Position numbers and translations under genes: made by a program
From: Candidatus Cloacimonadales bacterium
Lineage (GTDB): Bacteria > Cloacimonadota > Cloacimonadia > G963667145
NCBI GenBank assembly: GCA_965228195.1
Contig: OZ245797.1
Span: 356,383 to 420,382 of the forward strand
Length of the DNA: 64,000 bases
Reading direction: 5' to 3'
Notes under the pieces: generated by a model
What the model was told of the DNA's origin: nothing
Database searches by the model: none
What the model saw: only the letters and a program-made list of their open reading frames with translations
Shown: positions 8,930 to 22,276 of the stretch, one piece after another
Numbering within the stretch: the stretch's first letter is position 1
Layout of the letters: the number at the start of each line of letters is the position of its first letter

Positions 8930-9200
8930 AGACAGCTCCGCTTCAAAGCGCCAGCGACGGGGCGTGTCACCAGCAGAGTAAAAAAGTGTGGTTGTTCCCG
9001 CTTATTACCCATACTTTTGTCATTTTCGGCAACTGGCTTTGCACCTATATTTAGAAAGTGATTTTTGTCGCTGGCTTAACAAAGTAACGAAAACGGGCTA
9101 ATTTCCCTTTAAGCGGAGATTGTCCCCGCCAATGGTTCTGGCGAGTCAGCCAAATAAAAAATTGGAAATGAAAAGTGAAAAATTCCACCGAAACCTCACA
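8930..9200. repeat. right arm of the large imperfect inverted repeat (partner of 2150..2445)
   Basis: See feature 2150..2445. A partial inverted copy of the palindromic short repeat lies just inside at 8826-8850. A separate 15-bp-stem hairpin lies at 8877-8927 (ctgaccacataaaga ... tctttatgtggtcag). Confidence 0.6.
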
Positions 9201-9526
9201 CTTTTTTTTTGCATAGTGCTACTGATGGATTCCTGCTTTCGCTAGGAATGAGGGTGGGAGGAGAAAACAGGCTTCTTGCCCTATCCAGCTGGGCGGGATA
9301 GACTAGGTCTCACTTGCTTGCTAGAAGGGTAGGATGGTATACTCCGCTTCATCGGGGTCACTTATTTTCACTTGCTCGGTTGAGCAGAGACACTTGGCAC
9401 TCTCTTTAAGGTGTTGAAAACGCAAAGACCAAAGTGATTAGCTAGTCAGGAACAAATCTCGGAGATGCTCCCCGCCACGGTAATCTTTAAGACATCTCAC
9501 GACCTGTCTCTAGCGAGTTGAAGCGG

Positions 9527-9605
9527 AGCGGTTTTCTTTTCTCTCCCCTCTCTTTTCGTTGAGCGTTCAACGAAAAGAGAGGGTCTGGCTGAAAGCCAAA
9601 CCACC
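9527..9605. repeat. short repeat-family element with a 38-bp near-perfect palindrome (copy 2, direct)
   Basis: gagcggttttcttttctctcccctctcttttcgttgagcgttcaacgaaaagagagggtctggctgaaagc is about 95% identical to 2446-2525. Confidence 0.55.
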
Positions 9606-9780
9606 AAATCTCCACAGAAGAAAGCAATAATAATTTACTTAGCAAAATAAGGAAGAGAACGGGTGCTTACCTGCCCCGCAAAAAAATAGCTCTCTGCAAG
9701 AGATAAAGAACATTCCCCGCCGAAAGTTTTGCTATTGGAGAAAAAAAAAGCGGTGCAGTTAAAAAAGATCAGTTCTTTTA

Positions 9781-11049
9781 CTACCTTTTGCCGCGGCGAT
9801 AGCTGGGATTTTGAGCGCCTCTTTTCTTGTTGCGATTGGCAAAAAACTCCTGTTTCCGACGCTGCTTCTCTTTGTTATGCTCTCTTTTTTCCGCTGCGTT
9901 CATGGGTCTGTCGGTCTGAGGGAAAGGGTTTTCGCCGAAGACCTTAATCTTTTGCTTGATCAGCTTTTGGATATCTTCGATATAAGCGTTCTCTTCTGGC
10001 TCGCAGATGGAGATGGCGATGCCTTGCTCACCGGCTCTACCACAACGCCCGATTCTATGCACATAAGTTTCTGGCTCGTTGGGAATATCGTAGTTGATCA
10101 CATAACGAAGCTTATCGATATCTATTCCTCGGGCGGCGATGTCTGTGGCAACTAGCACCCTTAGCTGACCATCTTTGAAATCGCGCAAAGCTTTTTGACG
10201 CTGGTTTTGAGACCTATCGCCGTGGATAGCAGCGGCGTTAATTTTCTTCCTGTGCAGATTTTTCACGATGCGATTAGCGCCATGCTTGGTGCGAGAAAAA
10301 AGCAAAACCTGCTCTATTTTGTGATTCTCCAAGATGTGAAAAAGCAGCTCTTTTTTACTGCTTTTGTTGGTAGTATACAAATATTGTTGAATGGTATCCG
10401 CCGTCGAAGAGGTCGGATTGACAGACACTTTTTGGGGATTAACCAAAAGCGTTTGCGAAAACTTGACGATATTCGGGGGCATAGTTGCCGAGAAGAACAA
10501 GGTTTGCCGCTGCGTGGGCAATTTGGCGATTATCTTCTTGATATCGTGAATAAAGCCCATATCCAACATCCGATCGGCTTCGTCCAGCACGAAATATTTG
10601 ATCTCTGCAAGAGAGATGAACCCTTGATCCATCAAATCCAAAAGACGCCCTGGTGTTGCCACCAACACATCTACCCCTTGCCCCAAAGCTCTGGTTTGTG
10701 CTCCTTGAGGGACACCGCCGAAAACCACCGTATTTTTGATGCTGGTGTGTCTGCCGTAAGTGCTAAAGCTCTCACCGATCTGAATTGCCAGCTCCCTTGT
10801 CGGGGTTACCACCAAACAAGAGATCTTTCTCTTTCCCTTTGTCTTTTGCGGCTCACCCACCAGATGCTGAATAATCGGAATAGCGAAAGCCGCTGTCTTG
10901 CCCGTTCCCGTCTGCGCACTGCCTAGCACATCTTCCCTTTTTAAAATCAGGGGAATCGACTTGGCTTGAATAGAGGTAGGCTCGATATAATTTTCCTCAC
11001 TCAAAGCTTTGAGTATGGGAGGAATTAGTTTTAAATCTTTAAATTTCAT
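9781..11049 (-). CDS. DEAD-box ATP-dependent RNA helicase (RhlE/DeaD-like) with basic C-terminal tail
   Basis: Q-motif, motif I AQTGTGKT, PTRELA, the DEAD box (VLDEADRMLDMGF), SAT and HRIGRCGRAG are all present. Confidence 0.9.
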   Translation of the reverse strand: MKFKDLKLIPPILKALSEENYIEPTSIQAKSIPLILKREDVLGSAQTGTGKTAAFAIPIIQHLVGEPQKTKGKRKISCLVVTPTRELAIQIGESFSTYGRHTSIKNTVVFGGVPQGAQTRALGQGVDVLVATPGRLLDLMDQGFISLAEIKYFVLDEADRMLDMGFIHDIKKIIAKLPTQRQTLFFSATMPPNIVKFSQTLLVNPQKVSVNPTSSTADTIQQYLYTTNKSSKKELLFHILENHKIEQVLLFSRTKHGANRIVKNLHRKKINAAAIHGDRSQNQRQKALRDFKDGQLRVLVATDIAARGIDIDKLRYVINYDIPNEPETYVHRIGRCGRAGEQGIAISICEPEENAYIEDIQKLIKQKIKVFGENPFPQTDRPMNAAEKREHNKEKQRRKQEFFANRNKKRGAQNPSYRRGKR

Positions 11050-11461
11050 ATTTTTCCTTATTTATGATGCTCATCTGCTGCAAAGCATGCCGTAATGAGC
11101 TATTTTAGTTTTTTTTCACTTTAGAAGAAAAGCGAGCTATCGCCATTATTTTTATTAGCGACTTCTTTGCTAGGTTTTTCTTGGATTTGAGAAGATTTGA
11201 GAAGCGACCTGCTTTGCATATTTTTAAAGTAGGCGTTATTTTTTTCTGACAAGAAGATGTGGAAAACTCAAAAAAGGTTGATAGAGTTGGTTTGAAGATA
11301 GCTGTAAAGTTAAGCTTAAGCTCTCTTAGTTTTTAAAAATATTAAGCAATTAGTAGTTGGTGTAGAAGTGGCAGATTGCGAGATAGTTGAAGCGGGCTAA
11401 AAACCTTAATACTTAACATATCGTCTGCCGTTACTTATACAAAGTGTTAGCAACAGTAATT

Positions 11462-12847
11462 TTATTTTCCAGTAATTTTAATTAATTTTATAGAAATTTT
11501 TTGTCCCATTAAAGCTGCTAAAAATCCAAAGATATAAGCCCAAGGACCTAGAGTTGGTACAAATATTTTTAAAAGTAGATATACAACAAATCCACTAATA
11601 ATTCCTAATGAAGAAGCTGTATTAACAGGTTCTTTTATCATTATTGCAGAAAATATTGAAGGCAATAAAATCACCATTATTTTAAAACCTTCCGTAATAA
11701 GAGATACAATATTGGGTTGTACTATCGCTAATATTGTACTAATAAGTGAAATAATAAAGGAAACTAAAATAATAGAATTAGAATTATTATTTTTTAATAA
11801 ATTCCATGCTTTTAACGATTGTATTATTGCACTTGCAGAAGCATTTAGTACTGTATCCGCACTACTAAAAACAGCAAAGAGAAAAGCAACTATTGCAAAT
11901 CCAAAAATAATTTCATTCAATATTGTTCCATTACCTAATAAATATTTCTCAAATAAATGAAATAAGTCGTTAGAACCTTCCAATTTATTTGACAAACCAA
12001 TAAGGAGTAACATAAAGAAAACAAATAGAAGTATGAACCCAGATATTATATATGCTCGTTTTGCAACAATATCTGTTTTAGCCGTGAAGATTCTTTGCCA
12101 GTGGTCTAATCGAAGAAGTAAAGTAGGAAAAACAAACAAAGAAAGCCATATAAAATAACTAGTCAATGACTGATTAGCAAATGGATTCCAATATGACGTT
12201 TCGACTAAAGACAAATCAACAGGCGATTTGAACATTATTAAAAATATCGCTGTTAAGAGAATGACCAAAACAGCAATAAATTGTATAATATCACTTTTTA
12301 ATACTGAACGAAATCCACCAATTGAAACATATATATAAATAGTTATAGAAGAAATAACTATTAACCAATTTGAATCTATATTTATATGCAAAACTTTAAT
12401 TAATGAAGCCATAGCTACATATTGAGCTGCAAGAAATCCAATATAAATGACTCCATATGAAAAGATTATACCCCCCCATGTAACTTTATTATATTTTTTA
12501 GCAAGTAATAACGGAAAAGATATATTATGATTATCATCAATTAAACCTCTTTCTTGCATATTTCGACCTATCCTTCTAATATATTTTGCAAAAAAACCCA
12601 ATCCAATAAATGAAAGACAGTATACAATAGCTAATAAAATACCTATTATACCGGACGAAGAACCAAATTGAATTAGTCCAAATATTAATCCTCCACCTAT
12701 CGCAGTAGCTAACAATGTAGACATTAAAGGAATTAGTCCAACACTATTGGGCTTTCCTAAATGAAGGTTTAAATCAGTTGTCCTTTCTTTTAATGCTCTG
12801 ATAATTAAAAAAACAAGAGCAATAGCGATGATTATTTTATACGTCAT
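11462..12847 (-). CDS. sodium:solute symporter family (SSF) transporter
   Basis: 461 aa, about 12 TM segments. Contains the SSF-like motifs GGFRSVLKSDIIQ, RLDHWQRIFTAK and FSSADTVLNASASA. Coding is strongly AT-rich relative to its flanks. Confidence 0.65.
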   Translation of the reverse strand: MTYKIIIAIALVFLIIRALKERTTDLNLHLGKPNSVGLIPLMSTLLATAIGGGLIFGLIQFGSSSGIIGILLAIVYCLSFIGLGFFAKYIRRIGRNMQERGLIDDNHNISFPLLLAKKYNKVTWGGIIFSYGVIYIGFLAAQYVAMASLIKVLHINIDSNWLIVISSITIYIYVSIGGFRSVLKSDIIQFIAVLVILLTAIFLIMFKSPVDLSLVETSYWNPFANQSLTSYFIWLSLFVFPTLLLRLDHWQRIFTAKTDIVAKRAYIISGFILLFVFFMLLLIGLSNKLEGSNDLFHLFEKYLLGNGTILNEIIFGFAIVAFLFAVFSSADTVLNASASAIIQSLKAWNLLKNNNSNSIILVSFIISLISTILAIVQPNIVSLITEGFKIMVILLPSIFSAIMIKEPVNTASSLGIISGFVVYLLLKIFVPTLGPWAYIFGFLAALMGQKISIKLIKITGK

Positions 12848-13466
12848 AATATTTTATTTTTTCCTCAATTGATGCGTAAAAACCTGTTAATAAGAACCAA
12901 ACAGTAAAAATTGTTAAATGAATACATGAACCGATTTCAAGAGATAAAATACTGTTATTAACAAATTTGCATGTAATTGGCAATATTATGAATGAAATTA
13001 TTGATAACATTATAATAAAGTATAATAAAGCTCTTACTACTAGTTCCGAGCCACCTTTTTCAATTGCTTCTTCTACATATTCATCAAAAATAGACCAAAA
13101 TGATTTATTAAAGATATAGAAAAGAATTATAACAAATAAAGCTAGTATTGCTAGTAATATTCCAATACTAAAGAGACTTGAATGATTAACAGAAAGACTA
13201 CTAAATGAAAAAGCAATATTAATTATAACCCAAAGTATAAATGTGAAAATACTCGTATTATTTTTTATAAATTTTGGGACATATATGCTAAATAAACCAA
13301 AAATTAGGGAGAATAGTATACTTACAAAAGAAAGTGAAGTAATTAAATTAGAAGTATCCCCTGATGTAAGCAGAGTAACTGTTATAGCCATAGGTACTCC
13401 AAAAACAATTTCAATCATTGTTGATACAGAACTCGGCAAAGGGTTTTTAAGCATTTTTATTATCAT
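12837..13466 (-). CDS. hypothetical polytopic membrane protein
   Basis: 209 aa with several hydrophobic helices. Overlaps the downstream SSF gene by 11 nt. AT-rich. Confidence 0.4.
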   Translation of the reverse strand: MIIKMLKNPLPSSVSTMIEIVFGVPMAITVTLLTSGDTSNLITSLSFVSILFSLIFGLFSIYVPKFIKNNTSIFTFILWVIINIAFSFSSLSVNHSSLFSIGILLAILALFVIILFYIFNKSFWSIFDEYVEEAIEKGGSELVVRALLYFIIMLSIISFIILPITCKFVNNSILSLEIGSCIHLTIFTVWFLLTGFYASIEEKIKYYDV

Positions 13467-13954
13467 AGCTGTAAATCTTTAATTATATAGCCAATACCTT
13501 TTGAATAAAAGTATTTTTGGGAGTAAGCCTCAAATAAAACAATACATTTTTTGGATTGACTTCGGATTTTAAGAATCTTTGTTTCTATACAGATTTCATT
13601 GCACAACGGAATCGGTTTAATTATTTTAGTTTCAATTTTGGGAACAAGACAATAACCTTCTTCAACAAGAAATCTAAACCCTTTAATTGACCCCCAAAAT
13701 CCGTTAATCTGGTTTTTGCTAATTTCATTATCCAAGTGTACAATTAATGATTGCTCAATCCCTAAATTTATTAAATTCAAGCTAGAATATTGCATTCTAG
13801 TATTTGTAAAAGGGTAACTATCAAATGAGGCTTTAAACAAATAATTAGACTTGTCTATGACTTTTTCTATAGATTTTATTAATCTATATTCAGTTTTATA
13901 TGCATTTAAAGCATATCCGATTAATGTTCCTTTCATTAGAGTTTGTTTATTCAT
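13463..13954 (-). CDS. hypothetical protein
   Basis: 163-aa ORF, AT-rich, no recognisable motif. Overlaps the next gene by 4 nt (operonic). Confidence 0.4.
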   Translation of the reverse strand: MNKQTLMKGTLIGYALNAYKTEYRLIKSIEKVIDKSNYLFKASFDSYPFTNTRMQYSSLNLINLGIEQSLIVHLDNEISKNQINGFWGSIKGFRFLVEEGYCLVPKIETKIIKPIPLCNEICIETKILKIRSQSKKCIVLFEAYSQKYFYSKGIGYIIKDLQL

Positions 13955-14023
13955 ATGCAGTATCCTATTTCTATTGTGCTAAAGTGTTAATATATGTCAT
14001 ATGTCGTTTATTCCTTCTTTATA

Positions 14024-14215
14024 TTAAAAAAGAACATCTCCGAGAGAAACAATATTTGTCAAGCTTTTAGTTGAAATATCAGCATAAATTTCTGTCTTTT
14101 TAAAACTACTATGTCTTAAAAATTTTGTATATAACACAAATCTGTTCCTTGTTCTTTTTTCTACTCTCCCGCAAACAATAGTTGCTCTTGTTTCTGTCAA
14201 GTCCAAAATTTGCAT
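14024..14215 (-). pseudogene. possible remnant of a tyrosine recombinase (integrase) gene
   Basis: 63-aa ORF. ...TIVCGRVEKRTRNRFVL resembles the integrase box VIGKGNKERLVPL. FLRHSSF resembles LRHSFAT. About 50 aa between these boxes is missing, so it looks degenerate or deleted. Confidence 0.25.
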
Positions 14216-14361
14216 AGTTCTATTCTAAAATGTGAGGAACGGGATAAGAACGGGTTTATGTGCAAAAAGTCCCTGATTTTACATTATTCTGAGCTAAGCG
14301 GTGTATGTTATCCTACGATACGGCAACAGCTAGCGAAAAGGATGGCGTTGGCTTTTTTCTC

Positions 14362-14625
14362 TTTTAATTTCTATTTTTTAATTTAACAGAGGAGTTTTTT
14401 TTGCCTAAATTCGCAGTAATTTGCCCTGAAGCTGCGTGATGCATCCTGCGATGCTAACAACAGCTGGGCAAGGACGAGGCAGGGCATTTTTAATTATTAA
14501 CTTTTTTTTAATTTAACAGAGGATTTTTTTTGCCTAAATTCGCAGTAATTTGCCCTGAAGCTGTATATTGTATACTGCGATAGGGGAAATTGCAAAAAAG
14601 TTGGGCAAAAAAAAATCCTCTGTTA
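14362..14625. repeat. tandem about 135-bp duplication downstream of the 5S rRNA, forming long hairpins that include the 5S 3' end
   Basis: ttttaatttaacagagga(g)ttttttttgcctaaattcgcagtaatttgccctgaagctg occurs at 14362-14425 and 14497-14560. aacagaggattttttttgcc (14507-) is complementary to ggcaaaaaaaaatcctctgtt (14604-14625), which overlaps the 5S 3' terminus. Confidence 0.6.
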
Positions 14626-14745
14626 TGGCGGCGTCCTACTCTCCCACACAGTCGCCCGTGCAGTACCATCGGCGCAGACAAGCTTAACTGCTGTGTTCGG
14701 AATGGGAACAGGTGTTGCCTTGTCGCTATAGCCACCATAACAAAG
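14618..14745 (-). rRNA. rrf: 5S ribosomal RNA
   Basis: Reverse complement reads TGTTATGGTGGCTATAGCGACAAGGCAACACCTGTTCCCATTCCGAACACAGCAGTTAAGCTTGTCTGCGCCGATGGTACTGCACGGGCGACTGTGTGGGAGAGTAGGACGCCGCCATAACA, with canonical helix I pairing. Confidence 0.9.
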
Positions 14746-14949
14746 AACTTTAGATTTTGTTAAACTGCAAGAATTAGGCTTTATATTTAGCACTCGTTTT
14801 TTGAGAACCTCACCCTCTCGCAGTGTCATAAACACAGCTTCGGGGTTCGTTTCCCTAAAAAACAAGCACTTTAACAAAATCTAAGCTTTGGCTAATTTAA
14901 CAAATTAACAAATTGTTATAGTAAAAAGTTGGTGAGATATTAAAAAGAA

Positions 14950-17932
<2,983 letters not shown>

Positions 17933-18017
17933 TTATCTCACCACTTCTATAAAATTTCTATTCAAAAGATCGAAAAATATTTTTTGCCGCTGATTGCGAC
18001 TTTTTACTCTAAATAAA

Positions 18018-18093
18018 TGGTGGAGGATAACGGATTCGAACCGTTGACATCTTGCTTGCAAAGCAAGCGCTCTACCAGCTGAGCTAATCCCCC
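18018..18093 (-). tRNA. tRNA-Ala (anticodon TGC) in the 16S-23S spacer
   Basis: Reverse complement GGGGGATTAGCTCAGCTGGTAGAGCGCTTGCTTTGCAAGCAAGATGTCAACGGTTCGAATCCGTTATCCTCCACCA. Cloverleaf with G3:U70 and encoded CCA. Confidence 0.92.
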
Positions 18094-18154
18094 AGCAAAT
18101 TGCTGAAGCAATTTGCAATTAATAGTTTATAATTGACAGTTGATAATTAAGGAG

Positions 18155-18508
18155 CTAACGCACGTTTTTCACCTTTTTGACTATTGCAGTCAAAATTTTG
18201 ATTATCTCTATCAAATCGTTTTTAAGACTAAAAACCTCTTTTTCGCCCAAATATTCACCAGCCAACAAATCGAGCCAATACTCTGTTTCACCAGCCTCTT
18301 TGAGAGCTATCGACAATTTCGAGACAAAATCTCTTTTGCTTTGCGCATTTTGACTTTCCTTGATGTTCGCACCAATCGAAGTCCCGCTTCTCAAAATCTG
18401 CCTCGACAAAACATACTCTTTCTTATCAACATTCAAGCTTTTACACAGCTTCACTATCTTTTTAGCAAACACAAACGCTTTCTCGTAAACGATATTTTTT
18501 CTTATCAT
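18155..18508 (-). CDS. four-helix-bundle protein ('23S rRNA intervening-sequence protein' family, TIGR02436 / PF05635) embedded in the 16S-23S ITS
   Basis: 117 aa from the ATG (the ORF track's TTG start at 18556 is probably upstream read-through). The motifs ...RSGTSIGANIKESQNAQSKRDFVSKLSIALKEAGETEYWLDLL... are typical of this family. It is on the same strand as the rRNAs and has a GGAG RBS. Confidence 0.8.
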   Translation of the reverse strand: MIRKNIVYEKAFVFAKKIVKLCKSLNVDKKEYVLSRQILRSGTSIGANIKESQNAQSKRDFVSKLSIALKEAGETEYWLDLLAGEYLGEKEVFSLKNDLIEIIKILTAIVKKVKNVR

Positions 18509-18606
18509 CTTCCAAATCGCTCCAAGCCCCAAAATAATTGCCTTCACAATTATCAATTATGAATTGTCACTTGATAATTCATTTGACACCAAGAAATGGT
18601 GTCAAA

Positions 18607-18683
<77 letters not shown>

Positions 18684-18745
18684 ATCAGAATAAAAATTAG
18701 GTAGAGTAAACCCAAAGCCAATCGGCTTTTTCTTTTTTCCTTTAA

Positions 18746-20311
<1,566 letters not shown>

Positions 20312-20743
20312 AATAAATTACAATTTGATTGACTTTGTTTGGTTTACTCTACACTTCTATAAATTTCTTTTTTCAAGTATCTGTTTCAATTGTGAGCGCA
20401 TATTTTGTTGTGAGCTTTTTGTGTCAACACCAAATTCTCAAAAAATTTTTTGGGACAAAAAAAACCTTGCCTTCAATCTAAAATGTTCGTTACTCTTCAA
20501 TCGAAGGCTGGTTAATGCTCAACTAGCTTTGCTATCTCAATTGTGGTTCGTTTGTATTTCAGACGGTTTTTGCGTCAATGGAAAAGTTCGGGTTTCTTTA
20601 ACTCCCTGCGACAACTGTTAACAGCATCTTGTTCTTATTTATCAAAATAAGCAAGGGCAATTTCTTCTTTTCTTTGACTCCAAAATCTAAAAATAAGTCT
20701 TCACTTCTACTCTCTACCAACAAGCTAAGCAAGCCCCCTCCCT

Positions 20744-20778
20744 TAAAAAAAAAGGCGGACACCCCTTGGTGTTCGCCT
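20744..20778 (-). terminator. intrinsic terminator downstream of the DUF285 lipoprotein gene (minus strand)
   Basis: On the minus strand GGCGAACACC-aagg-GGTGTCCGCC is followed by TTTTTTTTT. This also insulates the rrn promoter region. Confidence 0.6.
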
Positions 20779-20800
20779 TTAAGATCTTCTTATTCAAGCA

Positions 20801-22276
20801 CTAATTGAAGCTAGGTTTTTCATCATCTTTCCATTCATACGAAGTCTCTTCATCAAAATCACTAGTATCTTTTACAGCAGAAACATTCCATCCACTTATA
20901 TTTCTATTAAAGTTGGACGCTTCCTTAAACATCGAGTTCATATTAGTCACACTGCTCACAACCCAAGATTCAATATCTCCATTAAAATCGTCAGCCTCTT
21001 CAAACATCTGGCTCATATTAAGAACACTTGTAACAGTCCAGTTCAAATCTTGATTAAAATCATCGGCATAGTAAAACATCTTACTCATATCGGTTACACT
21101 ACTAACATTCCAACCGCCGATAGGTTGATTAAAAACTAAAGCCTGCTCAAACATCTGACTCATATCGGTCACCTTGCCCACTTTCGTAGCCCAAGTGCTA
21201 ATGTTTTGGTCAAAATTTTTAGCTTTTCTAAACATCGCTCTCATCGTGGTAACACTATCGACGTTCCAGCGACTAATATCTTGATTGAAAGTCGAAGCGT
21301 TATCAAACATCCCCGTCATATTCTCGGCACTGCTCACATCCCAATCACCAATATTTTGATTAAAAGAGGTTTTATTTTGAAATAAATAACTAAAGTCGGT
21401 AATCTCACTGACATTCACATTGGTTATATCTTTGCCAGAGGCAACCATTTTGTCTAGTGTTGCCCTGGTTATCGCATTAAAGGTAGGCTTACTTTCAACC
21501 GTCCAAACACTATCATTACTCTCGGTATCAAAGTCGTAATAATAAGCCACCTTGCTCACATCCCAGTTTTTTATATTACTATCAAAAGATTGCGCACCCC
21601 AAAACATATTGTCCATGGTGGTAACCTCGCCAACCTGCCAACTACTCAAATCTGCCTCAAAATCCTTGGCGTTATAAAACATATAAGACATATCTTTGAC
21701 TTTATCAACTTCCCAACCGCTAATATCTTGATTAAATTTTGTCGCCCCACAAAACATACCTTTCATATTGGTAACGTTACTAACATCCCAACCACCTATC
21801 TCTTGATTAAAAGTGGAATTGTTTAAAAAAAGATCGTGCATATCTGTAATGCCAGAAACATTCACTTGCGTAACAATCACATCGTCGCCCATAGCTAGCA
21901 TCAACATAAGCTCTTCTCGAGTAGCCAATCCAGTAGTAAAACTCCAAACATCACTCTCTATTCGAGAGCCGTCAGATTTATTCCAAACCACTTTCCAGTA
22001 GTAAGTCTTGCCGTTAGACAAATCCCTGGGTACGATGTAACTCGTCGATTTATAGTCGTCAACAATTTTACGCGGCACTTCTCTTGAGTCACTTAGGTAA
22101 ACTTCGTAACTCTCCGCTTCTCCGCTCCAGCTTAGCTCAATGGTTGTGTTTTGCGCAATAGAGCCATCAGAAGGAGCCACCAACTCGTCAGGATCTACTC
22201 CTCCAGAACTTGAACTGGAAGAACAACCCACCAATAATAACAACATCGTAAAAGTTAAACCTAATAATTTCTTCAT
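20801..22276 (-). CDS. BspA-type / DUF285 (PF03382) repeat surface lipoprotein with N-terminal fibronectin-III-like domain
   Basis: Lipoprotein signal MKKLLGLTFTMLLLLVGCSSSS. More than 10 tandem repeats of about 24 aa of the form FxxAxxFNQ(D/N)I(S/G)xW(D/N)VSxVTxMxxMF, as in DUF285/'Mycoplasma protein of unknown function' repeats. Confidence 0.75.
   Translation of the reverse strand: MKKLLGLTFTMLLLLVGCSSSSSSGGVDPDELVAPSDGSIAQNTTIELSWSGEAESYEVYLSDSREVPRKIVDDYKSTSYIVPRDLSNGKTYYWKVVWNKSDGSRIESDVWSFTTGLATREELMLMLAMGDDVIVTQVNVSGITDMHDLFLNNSTFNQEIGGWDVSNVTNMKGMFCGATKFNQDISGWEVDKVKDMSYMFYNAKDFEADLSSWQVGEVTTMDNMFWGAQSFDSNIKNWDVSKVAYYYDFDTESNDSVWTVESKPTFNAITRATLDKMVASGKDITNVNVSEITDFSYLFQNKTSFNQNIGDWDVSSAENMTGMFDNASTFNQDISRWNVDSVTTMRAMFRKAKNFDQNISTWATKVGKVTDMSQMFEQALVFNQPIGGWNVSSVTDMSKMFYYADDFNQDLNWTVTSVLNMSQMFEEADDFNGDIESWVVSSVTNMNSMFKEASNFNRNISGWNVSAVKDTSDFDEETSYEWKDDEKPSFN

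Noticed and set aside
9060-9780. tmRNA / RNase P RNA / SRP RNA in the long intergenic region
   Set aside because: A tmRNA-like AACGAAAAC tag-start motif occurs, but there are no tRNA-like ends or canonical tag ending. No GGAAAGTCCGG (RNase P P4) or GGAAGCAGC (SRP) motifs were found.
20560-20640. boxA-like CTTTAAC motif upstream of 16S
   Set aside because: The motif is on the plus strand, i.e. antisense to the minus-strand rrn leader, so it cannot serve as the rrn antitermination boxA.
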